From Deltaproteobacteria bacterium (GTDB taxonomy: Bacteria; Desulfobacterota; Syntrophorhabdia; Syntrophorhabdales; JANXAF01), in NCBI GenBank assembly GCA_026417175.1, contig JAOADT010000006.1, forward strand, positions 5,031-69,030: a stretch of DNA of 64,000 nt, written 5' to 3'. Within the stretch, counting starts at the first letter, position 1, and each line of letters begins with the position of its first letter. This document shows positions 23,057 to 33,061 of the stretch, in pieces. The translations under genes and the position numbers were made by a program. Under the pieces are notes generated by a model. It was not told the DNA's origin. It saw only the letters and a program-made list of their open reading frames with translations, and did no database searches.

Positions 23057-24445
23057 ATGCTTAGGTTTCTAAGAACTAAAGCTACGAGTTTTTTTATCAA
23101 GGCTCTCTTTGGAATGATCATAGTAGTTTTTGTGTTCTGGGGAATAGGAACATTTACGCACAGGGAAAAAGTAGTCGCTGAGGTAGGAAAGTATCGTGTG
23201 TATCAATCCGAATATTACGACGAGTACAAAAGGTTACTCGAATATTATAGGACACTCCTGAAAGAAAGACTCGATGAAGAAACTCTAAACGAACTTAGAC
23301 TTAAAGAGAAAGCGATGGAAAATCTTATTGATCGCTATTTACTTTTACTGATCGCTGAAAAAATGGGAGTTACTGTTTCTGACAGAGAATACATGGAACA
23401 TCTGGAAAAGATAGAAGCATTCAAAATAGATGGAAGATTTAACAAGGAAAGGTTTCTTGAAGTTTTAAAGAGAAACAACATTGATCCAAAGATCTTTGAA
23501 ACAAGGGAAAGAAAAAGCCTCGAAATAATGAAGGTTTCTGAGATCCTAAAAGACATTCTTGTCTATCTGAGCGAAAACGAAATATGGGAAGAATTTAAGA
23601 GAGAGAATGGCTTCATTAGATTAAGATATGCCGTATTTTCTCCAGATGATTTCAAAGACAAAGTGGAGATAAGTGAAAGTGAATTGAACGCTCGTTACGA
23701 AAAAGAAAAGAGTCTATACATGTCAGAGCCTACTTATCGTCTCCTTTATATAGTTTTAGACCATACGGGACCGATAAGAGACGACAAAGCTTATATGGAG
23801 CTCATAAAGATAAGGGATTTGGAATCGTTTGCAAAAAATTACAATCTTTCTGTCTTTGACACTGGGATCATCTCTGAAGGTCAGCTTAAAAATAGATTCA
23901 ACGAGATAAAGGATTTCGCTTGGATTAAAGATTTAAGAAAGGGTGATATATCCCTTCCTATGAGAACCGGATCGAAATCTTATATCTTCCAGTTGACAGA
24001 GTTCAAAAAAGCAGAGCCTTTGGAGAAGGGCGTGGTATTAAAAAAGCTTAAAGAAAAAATGATACTCGAAAAAGCAAAGGAGCTGGCGAAACAGAAGGCC
24101 TTTGAAGCCCAAGAAAAGGGCACCATTAAGTTTGAAAAGCTAACTGATTTCGTGAGGAGGAATTCGAATCAGATACCTAATATAGGACCCATTCCAGAAG
24201 AACACAGGGATTTATTTAAACTCGACGACGAAAATCCTGTCTATAGAAAACCGGTAGAAATCTCTGGTAAATTTTACGTATTTTCTTTTGAGAGTGAAAA
24301 GTTGCCAGAAAAAGAGGTTTGGGAGAAAAAGAAAAGGGACTATCAAACCTATGTTTACCTAAAAAAGAGGGAGGACGCTCTAAACACTTTGCTTAGATAT
24401 GTAAGAGAGAAAGAGAAGATAAGAATTTTTTGGCAGGAAATCTAA
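23057..24445 (+). CDS. PpiD/SurA-N-like periplasmic chaperone, membrane anchored
   Basis: 462 aa. N-terminal basic segment plus TM (FIKALFGMIIVVFVFWGIG), then a long helical chaperone-like domain. No clear parvulin motif seen. Confidence 0.55.
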   Translation: MLRFLRTKATSFFIKALFGMIIVVFVFWGIGTFTHREKVVAEVGKYRVYQSEYYDEYKRLLEYYRTLLKERLDEETLNELRLKEKAMENLIDRYLLLLIAEKMGVTVSDREYMEHLEKIEAFKIDGRFNKERFLEVLKRNNIDPKIFETRERKSLEIMKVSEILKDILVYLSENEIWEEFKRENGFIRLRYAVFSPDDFKDKVEISESELNARYEKEKSLYMSEPTYRLLYIVLDHTGPIRDDKAYMELIKIRDLESFAKNYNLSVFDTGIISEGQLKNRFNEIKDFAWIKDLRKGDISLPMRTGSKSYIFQLTEFKKAEPLEKGVVLKKLKEKMILEKAKELAKQKAFEAQEKGTIKFEKLTDFVRRNSNQIPNIGPIPEEHRDLFKLDDENPVYRKPVEISGKFYVFSFESEKLPEKEVWEKKKRDYQTYVYLKKREDALNTLLRYVREKEKIRIFWQEI

Positions 24446-24451
24446 AAATCT

Positions 24452-25453
24452 ATGTACGTTCTGGGGATAGATACCTCGTGCGACGATACTTCTTTCGCCA
24501 TAATAGAAGATGACAAACGTGTAATAGGAAATACTGTCTTCAATCAAAATGAGCTCCACAAGATATTTGGAGGTGTGGTCCCTGAGATCGCATCCAGAAA
24601 ACATATAGAGTACATAGAACCTCTAATGCGACAATTCACAGGATCGTTGAATTTGTCCCTTGAAAGCATAGATCTAATAGCTGTGACAAATGGACCCGGC
24701 CTTATCGGATCAGTTCTTGTGGGTCTTTCTTTTGCAAAGGGTTTGTCTATTTCTCTTGCTAAACCATTAATCGGAGTAAATCATATAGAGGCCCACGCCA
24801 TGAGCATTTTCCTTGAAAAAAGAATAGAATTTCCTTTCGTCGCCCTTGTTGTGTCTGGAGGACACTCTGTTATTCTGTTCTTTAAAGATTTTTGTAAGTA
24901 CGAAGTCTTGGGTAGCACAAGAGATGATGCGGCAGGAGAAGCATTTGACAAAATCGCAAAGTTTATGAATTTAGGCTATCCAGGTGGGGTGGCGGTGGAA
25001 AGAATATCTGAAGGGGGATTAAGGGATTTTGTTCGTTTTCCAAGGCCGATGATTGATGAAGAAAATTTTGATTTTAGTTTCAGTGGACTGAAAACAGCGT
25101 TTCTGAACTATATACGTAAGAATCATCCCACGGAAGAAACCCTAAAAGATGTAGTTGCGTCATTTCAGGAGGCAGTTTGTGAGGTTCTAATGGAAAAAAC
25201 CATAAAGGCAGCTAGAAGGTTCTCTGTTAAAAACGTGGTAGTTGGAGGAGGTGTTGCAGCAAATAAGCGATTAAGAGAGCTATTTCTTGAAGAGGCCTTA
25301 AAGAGGGGATTAAATGTTTTTTTTCCTTCTCCCAATTACTGTACTGATAATGCCGCAATGGTAGCCATTACTGGATTTTTTTACTATATTAGAGGCAATA
25401 TATCGAAAATCAATATTACAGGTTTTTCAAGAATGCTTATACCTTACAATTGA
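24452..25453 (+). CDS. tsaD: tRNA N6-adenosine threonylcarbamoyltransferase
   Basis: 333 aa. LGIDTSCDDTS, VNHIEAH, and SGGHS motifs. Confidence 0.9.
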   Translation: MYVLGIDTSCDDTSFAIIEDDKRVIGNTVFNQNELHKIFGGVVPEIASRKHIEYIEPLMRQFTGSLNLSLESIDLIAVTNGPGLIGSVLVGLSFAKGLSISLAKPLIGVNHIEAHAMSIFLEKRIEFPFVALVVSGGHSVILFFKDFCKYEVLGSTRDDAAGEAFDKIAKFMNLGYPGGVAVERISEGGLRDFVRFPRPMIDEENFDFSFSGLKTAFLNYIRKNHPTEETLKDVVASFQEAVCEVLMEKTIKAARRFSVKNVVVGGGVAANKRLRELFLEEALKRGLNVFFPSPNYCTDNAAMVAITGFFYYIRGNISKINITGFSRMLIPYN

Positions 25454-26247
25454 TGCAAAAATTGGAACTTAAGAAATCCCTCTCTCAGCATCTATTAAAA
25501 GACAAAAACGTTTTAAAAAAAATGCTCTCCAAAACAGACATCACGAAAAAAGATGTGGTTTTGGAGATAGGAGCAGGAACTGGTGAGCTCACAAGCCTTT
25601 TAAAGGATATAGCAGGATCAGTTTATGCAGTGGAAATTGACAAAGGGTTCTCTCCTTATCTTGATAAACTCTCCAGCCAAAATAAGAACATAAGGATCGT
25701 TTATCAGGATTTTCTAAAATTGAAACTTGCGGATCTGGCATCCCAACACGGAGTCTTAAAGGTAATAGGTAATATCCCTTATGGACTTACTGGACCTATT
25801 TTGTTTAAGATATTCATGGAAAGGAAATATCTGAAAAAAGCTTATCTTACATTCCAGCGTGAAGTTGCAGAGAGAATTGTTGCGAAACCCAAAACCCGAA
25901 TGTTCGGCACACTTTCTGTAATAAGCCAGGTTTTATCCAATGTTAAGTTAGAGTTCTTTATCCCTCCTCAAGTGTTTGTTCCTCCGCCCCAAGTGGAAAG
26001 TGCTTTTGTCTCCTTTACGTTTTATGAGGAGTACTTGACTATTCCTGAAACGTTTTTCCAGTTCGTAAAAAACTGCTTTAGACATAAGAGGAAACTCCTT
26101 TTTAATTCTTTAAAGGCCGTGTATTCTATTTCCACTGTGGAATTTCTCTTCGAAAAAGCAAAACTCCATAAATCTGTAAGGGCAGAGGAAATATTACCCC
26201 AAAAATTCTTAGAAATGTTTTACTGTATAGAACGTGAAAATGGCTGA
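25450..26247 (+). CDS. rsmA: 16S rRNA (adenine1518/1519-N6)-dimethyltransferase
   Basis: 265 aa. LSQHLL, EIGAGTGELT, and GNIPY motifs. Confidence 0.9.
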   Translation: MMQKLELKKSLSQHLLKDKNVLKKMLSKTDITKKDVVLEIGAGTGELTSLLKDIAGSVYAVEIDKGFSPYLDKLSSQNKNIRIVYQDFLKLKLADLASQHGVLKVIGNIPYGLTGPILFKIFMERKYLKKAYLTFQREVAERIVAKPKTRMFGTLSVISQVLSNVKLEFFIPPQVFVPPPQVESAFVSFTFYEEYLTIPETFFQFVKNCFRHKRKLLFNSLKAVYSISTVEFLFEKAKLHKSVRAEEILPQKFLEMFYCIERENG

Positions 26248-27223
26248 ATTTGTGGGTTTTACTACAACAATACCTGTAGAAATAATATTTGCTGGAGGGT
26301 ATGTGCCTGTGGATCTGAACAATGTGTTTATCACTGATTCTGATCCCATGAGGTTTATAGATATAGCCGAGAAAGATGGTTTCCCCAGAAACATGTGTAA
26401 CTGGATAAAGGGTATCTATGGAGTGGTAAAAGAAAGAAAAATTCAAACCGTCATAGCTGTTATGGTCGGTGACTGTAGTAACACCCACGCACTTTCAGAA
26501 ATTCTCACACACAAAGGCGTCAAAGTTATTCCTTTCGCTTACCCTTTCGATAGAGATAGAGAATCTTTAAATAGAGAGATAGAAAAGCTGATGCGAATTT
26601 TTCGTGTGGATCATGAAAAGCTTACGAAGGTACAAAAGGAGATAACCACAGTAAGGAAAATTCTAAATAGGATAGATAGGCTCACCTACAAAGAAGGGGT
26701 TGTTTCTGGGTATGAAAACCATCTCTGGCTAGTCAGAGCGTCTGATATGATGGGTGACTACGAAAATTACGGAAAAATGGCCAGATCATTCATTCAAAAA
26801 ATCAAAAATTCTAAAAAGAGAGAAGGTATAAGACTAGCTTACATTGGGGTTCCTCCGATAATACCCGATTTTTACGATTTTATTGAAGAAAAAGGGGGCT
26901 TTGTTGTTTTTAATGAGATCCAAAGACAGTTTTCCTTACCATTTTTTGGTGGGAACATTGTAGATCGATATATAAAGTATACCTATCCCTATGGAATCTT
27001 TGCGCGAATAGAAGACATTAAAAGAGAAATTAGAAAAAGAAATGTGAGAGCAATCATCCATTACGTGCAGGCTTTCTGTTTCAGAATTATGGAGGACATA
27101 ATACTTCGGGACAGTTTCAATCTACCTATCCTTACTATAGAAGGTGAGCTTCCTAAACCGTTAGATACACGAATGAAACTCAGGATCGAAGCCTTCTTAG
27201 AAATGTTGAGGTCAAATGATTGA
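26234..27223 (+). CDS. 2-hydroxyacyl-CoA dehydratase (HgdB/BcrC)-family protein, single subunit
   Basis: 329 aa. Cys contexts PRNMCNWIKG, GDCSNT and QAFCFR resemble the cluster-binding residues of the HGD-D family. No activator ATPase in the window. Confidence 0.55.
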   Translation: MKMAEFVGFTTTIPVEIIFAGGYVPVDLNNVFITDSDPMRFIDIAEKDGFPRNMCNWIKGIYGVVKERKIQTVIAVMVGDCSNTHALSEILTHKGVKVIPFAYPFDRDRESLNREIEKLMRIFRVDHEKLTKVQKEITTVRKILNRIDRLTYKEGVVSGYENHLWLVRASDMMGDYENYGKMARSFIQKIKNSKKREGIRLAYIGVPPIIPDFYDFIEEKGGFVVFNEIQRQFSLPFFGGNIVDRYIKYTYPYGIFARIEDIKREIRKRNVRAIIHYVQAFCFRIMEDIILRDSFNLPILTIEGELPKPLDTRMKLRIEAFLEMLRSND

Positions 27224-27446
27224 AAAAAGGAGACTGTTCCTAACGGAAAAAAGATACATGAGTTTTTTAAGGGACATTTTAGAATCTTATGAAGATGTGT
27301 GCATGATGAGTGTAACTGACGAAAAGCAAGGTCTAATAGAGATCATATACCCTGACTCTCAGGAATATAATTTGAATGAAATAATTTTGGATCTAATAAA
27401 AACTGGGATACCTATGCTTGAGGTAAAGGAGGACAAGAATGATTGA
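27216..27446 (+). CDS. DUF4911-like small protein
   Basis: 76 aa. FLRDILESYEDVCMMSVTDEKQGLIEI pattern recalled for DUF4911. 8-nt overlaps with both neighbours. Confidence 0.45.
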   Translation: MIEKRRLFLTEKRYMSFLRDILESYEDVCMMSVTDEKQGLIEIIYPDSQEYNLNEIILDLIKTGIPMLEVKEDKND

Positions 27447-28809
27447 CGGGTTAAAGATTGTAAAGACCCTTTTGGGAGATAATGCATTATACGCAGATCT
27501 ATTTGTAGAAAAAAAGCGATACACCCACATACACAGGGAATCTTTTAGATTTGAAAAGGTTGAGCATGCAGAAGACAAAGGATCAGCTTTAAGATTAATC
27601 ACACCATGGAAACAGCATATGTTGAGTACTAATTGTGTAGATGAAAAAAAACTACTAAGTTTTGCTAAGGAGCTTTCCAACAACCTCGTTTTTGATAAAG
27701 AGAATTTTTTCGTAAAGGTTGCAGAGTATCCCTTCAGAATCGAAACCTATCCGGATAGGCTGGGTCTCAGTGAAAAAATTAGAGTTGTGGAGTGGATAGA
27801 AAAAACAACAAAGAGTATGGACAAAAGGATAAAACAGGTAAGAATCATATATAGAGATACGAAACAGAATGTCCAGATATTTACTAGCACTGGCGATGTT
27901 GTATCTGATCAGAGATATCAGCTCTTGTTAAACTTACTGATTGTGGGAGAAGAAGATGGCGAGATTCAGACTTCTTATGAGAGCATAGGTGGTTTTTACG
28001 GTTTTGAATATTTGACGGAGGAGAGACTTTTCGATTTTATTAGGAAAACTGTGTATAGACTTCAAGGCCTATTTGAAGCTAAAGAAGCGCCAATGGGACA
28101 AAAAACTGTTGTCCTTGCAGCAGAAGCTGGAGGAACCATGATTCATGAGGCCATAGGTCACGGACTTGAAGCAGACCTTGCTCTCGAAGGACTTTCCTGC
28201 TACAAGGGCTTACTTGACCAGGAGATAGCCTCTCCCCTTATAACGATAGTAGATGACAAAACTCTTCATAATATGAGAGGAACTTACGCGTACGATGATG
28301 AAGGAACACCAGCCGAAAAAACCGTGCTTGTTGAAAACGGGGTATTAAAAAATTACCTCTTTGATAAATTTTACGCCATGAAATATGAAAAAAGATCAAC
28401 TGGGAACGGCAGAAGAGAATCTTTTAGATTCAGACCTATTCCTAGAATGAGCAACACCTTTATAGCTCCGGGAAACTGTGAGCCAGAAGATATAATTCGA
28501 TCTGTCGACGATGGACTCTACGTTTTAAAAATGGGAGGGGGACAGGTAGACACAGTAACCGGAGACTTTGTTTTTGAAGTTCTTGAAGGTTACATCATCG
28601 AAAAAGGTAAAATTGGAGAAATGGTAAAGAATGCAACAATAATGGGAAATGGCCCCACAGTTTTAAAAGAAATAGATATGGTGGGAACAGATATAGGTTT
28701 TAGTATTGGTACATGTGGAAAAGACGGACAAGGGGTCCCGGTTTCCGACGGACAACCAACCCTGCGAATTCCGCAAGTGATAGTGGGCGGTAAAAGGAAG
28801 GAGCCTTAA
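27439..28809 (+). CDS. tldD: TldD-family metalloprotease
   Basis: 456 aa. HEAIGHGLE metal site and GxC...GQP C-terminal pattern. Confidence 0.9.
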   Translation: MIDGLKIVKTLLGDNALYADLFVEKKRYTHIHRESFRFEKVEHAEDKGSALRLITPWKQHMLSTNCVDEKKLLSFAKELSNNLVFDKENFFVKVAEYPFRIETYPDRLGLSEKIRVVEWIEKTTKSMDKRIKQVRIIYRDTKQNVQIFTSTGDVVSDQRYQLLLNLLIVGEEDGEIQTSYESIGGFYGFEYLTEERLFDFIRKTVYRLQGLFEAKEAPMGQKTVVLAAEAGGTMIHEAIGHGLEADLALEGLSCYKGLLDQEIASPLITIVDDKTLHNMRGTYAYDDEGTPAEKTVLVENGVLKNYLFDKFYAMKYEKRSTGNGRRESFRFRPIPRMSNTFIAPGNCEPEDIIRSVDDGLYVLKMGGGQVDTVTGDFVFEVLEGYIIEKGKIGEMVKNATIMGNGPTVLKEIDMVGTDIGFSIGTCGKDGQGVPVSDGQPTLRIPQVIVGGKRKEP

Positions 28810-29969
28810 AAGCTCATAGATTTCAATCTTTTTACGCCTTCTACAATTTTTTCTTCACTTGTGGTCAAGGAAATTCTAAAATAGCCTTCCCCCTCTTCCC
28901 CAAAACCACTTCCGGGAGTAACTACAATTCCCGCTTTTTCTATCAGATATTCACAGAAACTTTCAGATGTGAAGCCTTTTGGTACGTGGACCCATAAGTA
29001 AAAAGTAGCCATAGGTCTTTTAAAATGAAAGTCCAGGGAATTTAGACTTTCAACCAGTATATCTCTCCTTTTTTTAAATATTCTTCTTATCTCTTCAACG
29101 ACCGTCTGATCGCCAAGTAAAGCTTCACAACCTGCCACCTGTATAGCTTGAAATACACCAGAGTCGATATTTGTTTTCAGCCGGCCAAGGGCTGAGATAA
29201 CATCTCTGTTGCCAACGACAAAACCTATTCTCCATCCAGTCATGCAGTAAGTCTTAGAAAGTGAATGGAACTCAATCGATATTTCTTTCTTTCTGTCAAA
29301 CTCAAGGATACTTCGCGGCTTGGCACCATCAAAGTATATCTCCGAGTATGCGGCATCGTGGCAAACTATGATGTCGTGCTTTTTAGCATAATGTAATACT
29401 TTTTCGTAAAACTCGTCACTCGCATTAGTGCCCGTGGGGTTGTTAGGATAGTTCAAAAACATCAATTTTGTTTTTGTCAAAACAAAATCAGGTATATCTT
29501 CCAGTCTCGGTAAAAAATCGTTCTCTTCTTTAAGGGGCATGATATAAGGCTCTCCACCGGCAAGTAAAGTCATAATTCTGTAAACGGGATAGCCAGGGGA
29601 AGGAACAAGTGCCAAGTCCCCCGTATCAATAAATGCAAAGGGTATATGGGATATCCCGTCCTTAGATCCAAGAAGAACAAGTACCTCTCTCTCAGGATCG
29701 AGATCTACATCAAATCTCTTTTTATACCAGTGAGAAACAGCTTTCCTAAATTCGATCATACCCTCATAGCTTGGATACCTGTGATTCTTAGCCTCAGAGA
29801 CCGCTTCTTTCATCTTTTCTACTATGTGATTTGGAGTTGGGATATCAGGATCTCCTATGCTTAAGTCTATGAGATCTACCCCCCTCTTTTTTGCCTCCTC
29901 TTTCTTTTTGTCTATCCTAGCGAAAAGGTAAGGGGGTATTTTTTCCATTCTAGAGGCAACCTTTACCAT
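28806..29969 (-). CDS. Class I aminotransferase, LL-diaminopimelate aminotransferase-like
   Basis: EKIPPYLFARID...LSIGDPD N-terminus and SLSKTYCMTGWRIG (PLP lysine). I place the start at the ATG at 29969, which has GGAG 9 nt upstream. The track's extra 35 codons (to 30074) look non-protein-like. Confidence 0.7.
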   Translation of the reverse strand: MVKVASRMEKIPPYLFARIDKKKEEAKKRGVDLIDLSIGDPDIPTPNHIVEKMKEAVSEAKNHRYPSYEGMIEFRKAVSHWYKKRFDVDLDPEREVLVLLGSKDGISHIPFAFIDTGDLALVPSPGYPVYRIMTLLAGGEPYIMPLKEENDFLPRLEDIPDFVLTKTKLMFLNYPNNPTGTNASDEFYEKVLHYAKKHDIIVCHDAAYSEIYFDGAKPRSILEFDRKKEISIEFHSLSKTYCMTGWRIGFVVGNRDVISALGRLKTNIDSGVFQAIQVAGCEALLGDQTVVEEIRRIFKKRRDILVESLNSLDFHFKRPMATFYLWVHVPKGFTSESFCEYLIEKAGIVVTPGSGFGEEGEGYFRISLTTSEEKIVEGVKRLKSMSF

Positions 29970-30082
29970 GTCCCATCTCCTTTTTTTGAATAGTTTTTTA
30001 ATGTTTTTTTTCCGTTGTGTAAAGAGAAATGTTGTATCAGAAGAGACTTGAAAATTAACCCGATATTCTGTCATTATTTAGG

Positions 30083-30880
30083 ATGAACATAGGGATTTCG
30101 GCCTACTTTATAAAAAGAGACAATCTATTTTCAGTTTTTAAAGAAGCCATAAAGAGGGGAATACTGTTCTTTGAGATCCCATTTGAGATTCCTTATTTAG
30201 AGACACTTGACGACGACTTTTTGTGGGAAGTAGAAAGGCTAAGGGAGATGGGTGCATCCTTTTCTCTTCATGGTCCGTGGATTGAGTGTAACTTGGGTAG
30301 TCTTTTCGAGGAAATAAGAATATTTTCCAGAGAAAGAGTCCTAAGATCCATAGATCTGGCAAGAACATGGAAATTAAATCCAGTAATAATTCATCCAGCA
30401 TTTAGTTTTTTTAAAGAAGAAAAGATGAATAATAAATCTTTGGTCTATTTTTTTAATGAACTAGAGAGAATAGTGATTTACGCTAAAAAAAGTAAAATTG
30501 ATCTTTGCTTAGAAAATGTTCCGTTCTCATTTTCATTTTTCCATCAGATGGAATCTTTTCCCCAGATAAAGGAGAAATTTTTTCTAAGGGTATGTTACGA
30601 TCTGGGCCACGCCTTGATAGCAAAAAATAGAACAGAGAAAGGATCGATTGAAGAGTCGATAATAAGAGACATTTCAGTATTCCGAGACGAAATAGTTCAT
30701 ATCCACTTTCATAACAACAATGGTAATGCCGATGACCATATCTTGTATTCAGGGATACTCGATTTAAAAAGGATACTCAGAGAACTACAAAAGATTGGAT
30801 TCAATGGTAGGATCATAATAGAAAGTGAAGATGTGGAAAAATTTGGAATAGATTACCTCATTTCGTGGCTCAAAGGATAA
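30083..30880 (+). CDS. Xylose-isomerase-like TIM-barrel protein (sugar phosphate isomerase/epimerase family)
   Basis: 265 aa. SLHGP, IIHP, CLEN and H.H.N pattern of the AP-endonuclease-2/TIM family. Confidence 0.65.
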   Translation: MNIGISAYFIKRDNLFSVFKEAIKRGILFFEIPFEIPYLETLDDDFLWEVERLREMGASFSLHGPWIECNLGSLFEEIRIFSRERVLRSIDLARTWKLNPVIIHPAFSFFKEEKMNNKSLVYFFNELERIVIYAKKSKIDLCLENVPFSFSFFHQMESFPQIKEKFFLRVCYDLGHALIAKNRTEKGSIEESIIRDISVFRDEIVHIHFHNNNGNADDHILYSGILDLKRILRELQKIGFNGRIIIESEDVEKFGIDYLISWLKG

Positions 30881-30881
30881 G

Positions 30882-31625
30882 TCAGTAAAGTAATGTACAT
30901 CTAACATTGTATTTTTCAAATAAGTTTTTTAATCTTCTACCATGTTCTACAAAAAATCTGTCACTTTTTGTCCATTGTATTTTGTATTTTTCGTAAACCC
31001 AATCAGCATAATGATAGTTCATTTTGTCGATTATAACGGAATAAACTTTATCTCTTAGCTTTTCCACTAACCCATCAGCACCTAGAAGAAGAGGGGCGAT
31101 CATCACGTGCGTCTCTATTCCTTCTGAGTACAGTCGGGATACCGCCTCTATCCTTTTATGTATAGGTGGAGCCTTCGGCTCAAAAATTTCTTTCACTTTT
31201 TCGTCTACTGTTGTTATTGTGAAATAAACGTGTACATTTCTATGCGATTTTAATAGGTCTAAGTCGTCCAGAATTATATTTGACTTAGTTTGAATGTAAA
31301 CATTCCAACCGTACGAAAGAAGTATTTTTATGCACGTTCTAGTGAGCCTTAACGTTCTTTCTATAGGCTGATACGGGTCACAAATGCCACTTATCCATAC
31401 ATCACCTTTTTTCTTTTTTTTTACTTCCTTTTCTAATAATTCGGGTGCGTTCACCTTTACACATATGAAGTTACCCCACATCTCTTCAACGTGAAGAAAT
31501 CTTTTTATGAATCTTGCATAACAATAATGACATCCGTGAGCACATCCTACGTACGGATTTACGGTATAGTCGTAAACCTTTGAAGGATTTAGAATATTTT
31601 TGGCATTTATGTTTATCACTTTCAT
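30882..31625 (-). CDS. SPL-like (COG1533) radical SAM protein
   Basis: 247 aa. NPYVGCAHGCHYCYARF is the CxxxCxxC context typical of spore-photoproduct-lyase-like radical SAM proteins. Confidence 0.7.
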   Translation of the reverse strand: MKVININAKNILNPSKVYDYTVNPYVGCAHGCHYCYARFIKRFLHVEEMWGNFICVKVNAPELLEKEVKKKKKGDVWISGICDPYQPIERTLRLTRTCIKILLSYGWNVYIQTKSNIILDDLDLLKSHRNVHVYFTITTVDEKVKEIFEPKAPPIHKRIEAVSRLYSEGIETHVMIAPLLLGADGLVEKLRDKVYSVIIDKMNYHYADWVYEKYKIQWTKSDRFFVEHGRRLKNLFEKYNVRCTLLY

Positions 31626-31628
31626 AGT

Positions 31629-32960
31629 TTACCTAAAAACCTTTTTGTAGTCCCACCATTCTATTATATTTACTCTTCTTGAAAAGCGGATATTATACTT
31701 TAGTTCTATCTTTCTTGCCCACTCACCAAGAGCACAACCATGGTGAATAATAAGAGGTGTACTGTGACAAGGAAGGATATCATGGAAAAGACCGTACGAC
31801 CCGATTACGGACTGAATTTCGAATATAGTATTGGGATCGTCCCACGGGGTAGGATGAATAAATCCGTGAACTGCACCTTCATCTCTGGAATAAAACACTG
31901 TTTCCCTAAATTTCCCCTTTAGTTCACGAAGGATTCTGATGGTCTCTAAGTTTTCCGAAACTTTAACCCCCTTGTTTAGGTTCTTTAGGATTTTATCACT
32001 AAACGATTCAAATCCAACCGAAGAGATAAAAAGCCTAAGCCCACGTTTTTTCATCTCAACAAGACAATGCTCTAATGTTTGTTTTCTTCTCAAAATATCA
32101 TCGACCCTTAGTACGAGATTTATCTGGCTAACATTAATATCAGATGTAAATACAAGTTCCAGGAGTCTTGGTAAATAAACTATAGGATATTCATCAATGA
32201 GTTCAAAGGGTATTTTCCTTCCGTTAATTGTAGGTAAGTTCTCTATCTGTTCCAATATTTTTTCATCTGCTAGATTCCCTCTATAACCTTTATCCCAGGC
32301 CACATCACAGAAACTGCATCCTTCACATTCTATTTCAATGGGTTCTGCATTGAAAAGAAAAGAAGGAGCATCGATTAATAATTTTTCCTTCTTTGAGGCG
32401 TATGGACAACCGATACTTCTTAGGACCTGTGCCTCTCGGACCTGAATCTTCTCAATTTTATCTCCAAAGACAAACAGATTATCCCATTCTACGCGGACTT
32501 CAATATCCCTCCTCCAATTCCCATAAAAGAGTCCTCTTTTTTCTTTCAAAATCTCTTCCGTCATTCCGTCTATAGGCCCAATGTATCCAAGATCAAAGAT
32601 GTGTGAAAATCCCTTTATCCTCTCTGGATAATTTCTTAAATCCGGCTCCCCGGATATGTCTTTCTCTACTTGAGGACCTCCCAGAATAGTCCTATAACCT
32701 TTGGTTTTTATTTTTTCAGCCAACTCCAAAATATCGGGTCTTCCGCAGTGATAAGAAAATAAAACAACTTTTTCTCTTCTTCTGTAATGCTCGTCTAAGA
32801 ATTTAAAAAACTCCTCTTCTTTAAATCCCCTTTTTAACCCTAAAACGATGGTAGGAATCTTTAGCTTTTCTGAAATGTACGTCGCCACGATCTGCGGTCC
32901 GAGCAATCCATGATTTTCACCAGTATGATGGGTGATAAGAAGCATTCTAAATAATAACAC
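31629..32960 (-). CDS. B12-binding-like domain / radical-SAM-like protein with interrupted Cys motif
   Basis: 443 aa. Rossmann-like N-domain, then GCPY-[27 aa]-CSFC in place of the contiguous GCPxxCxFC. Later SSVGFESFSDKILKNLNKG resembles the rSAM core. 3-nt gap to the downstream SPL-like gene. Confidence 0.4.
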   Translation of the reverse strand: MLLFRMLLITHHTGENHGLLGPQIVATYISEKLKIPTIVLGLKRGFKEEEFFKFLDEHYRRREKVVLFSYHCGRPDILELAEKIKTKGYRTILGGPQVEKDISGEPDLRNYPERIKGFSHIFDLGYIGPIDGMTEEILKEKRGLFYGNWRRDIEVRVEWDNLFVFGDKIEKIQVREAQVLRSIGCPYASKKEKLLIDAPSFLFNAEPIEIECEGCSFCDVAWDKGYRGNLADEKILEQIENLPTINGRKIPFELIDEYPIVYLPRLLELVFTSDINVSQINLVLRVDDILRRKQTLEHCLVEMKKRGLRLFISSVGFESFSDKILKNLNKGVKVSENLETIRILRELKGKFRETVFYSRDEGAVHGFIHPTPWDDPNTIFEIQSVIGSYGLFHDILPCHSTPLIIHHGCALGEWARKIELKYNIRFSRRVNIIEWWDYKKVFR

Positions 32961-33061
32961 ATTCGGAAGGATTTGTTATTTAAAACGAGATTGAGTCTAC
33001 AATTGGTTTAGTTAAAAATGTGAACTAGAAGATATAAAATTCTTAGGCAATCCTTAATGTT

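Noticed and set aside
29970-30074. 35-codon N-terminal extension of the aminotransferase (MTEYRVNFQVSS...KKRRWD) given in the ORF track.
   Set aside because: The extension is non-homologous-looking and would leave only 8 nt for two divergent promoters. An internal ATG at 29969 has a proper GGAG SD and starts the conserved EKIPPYLF region.
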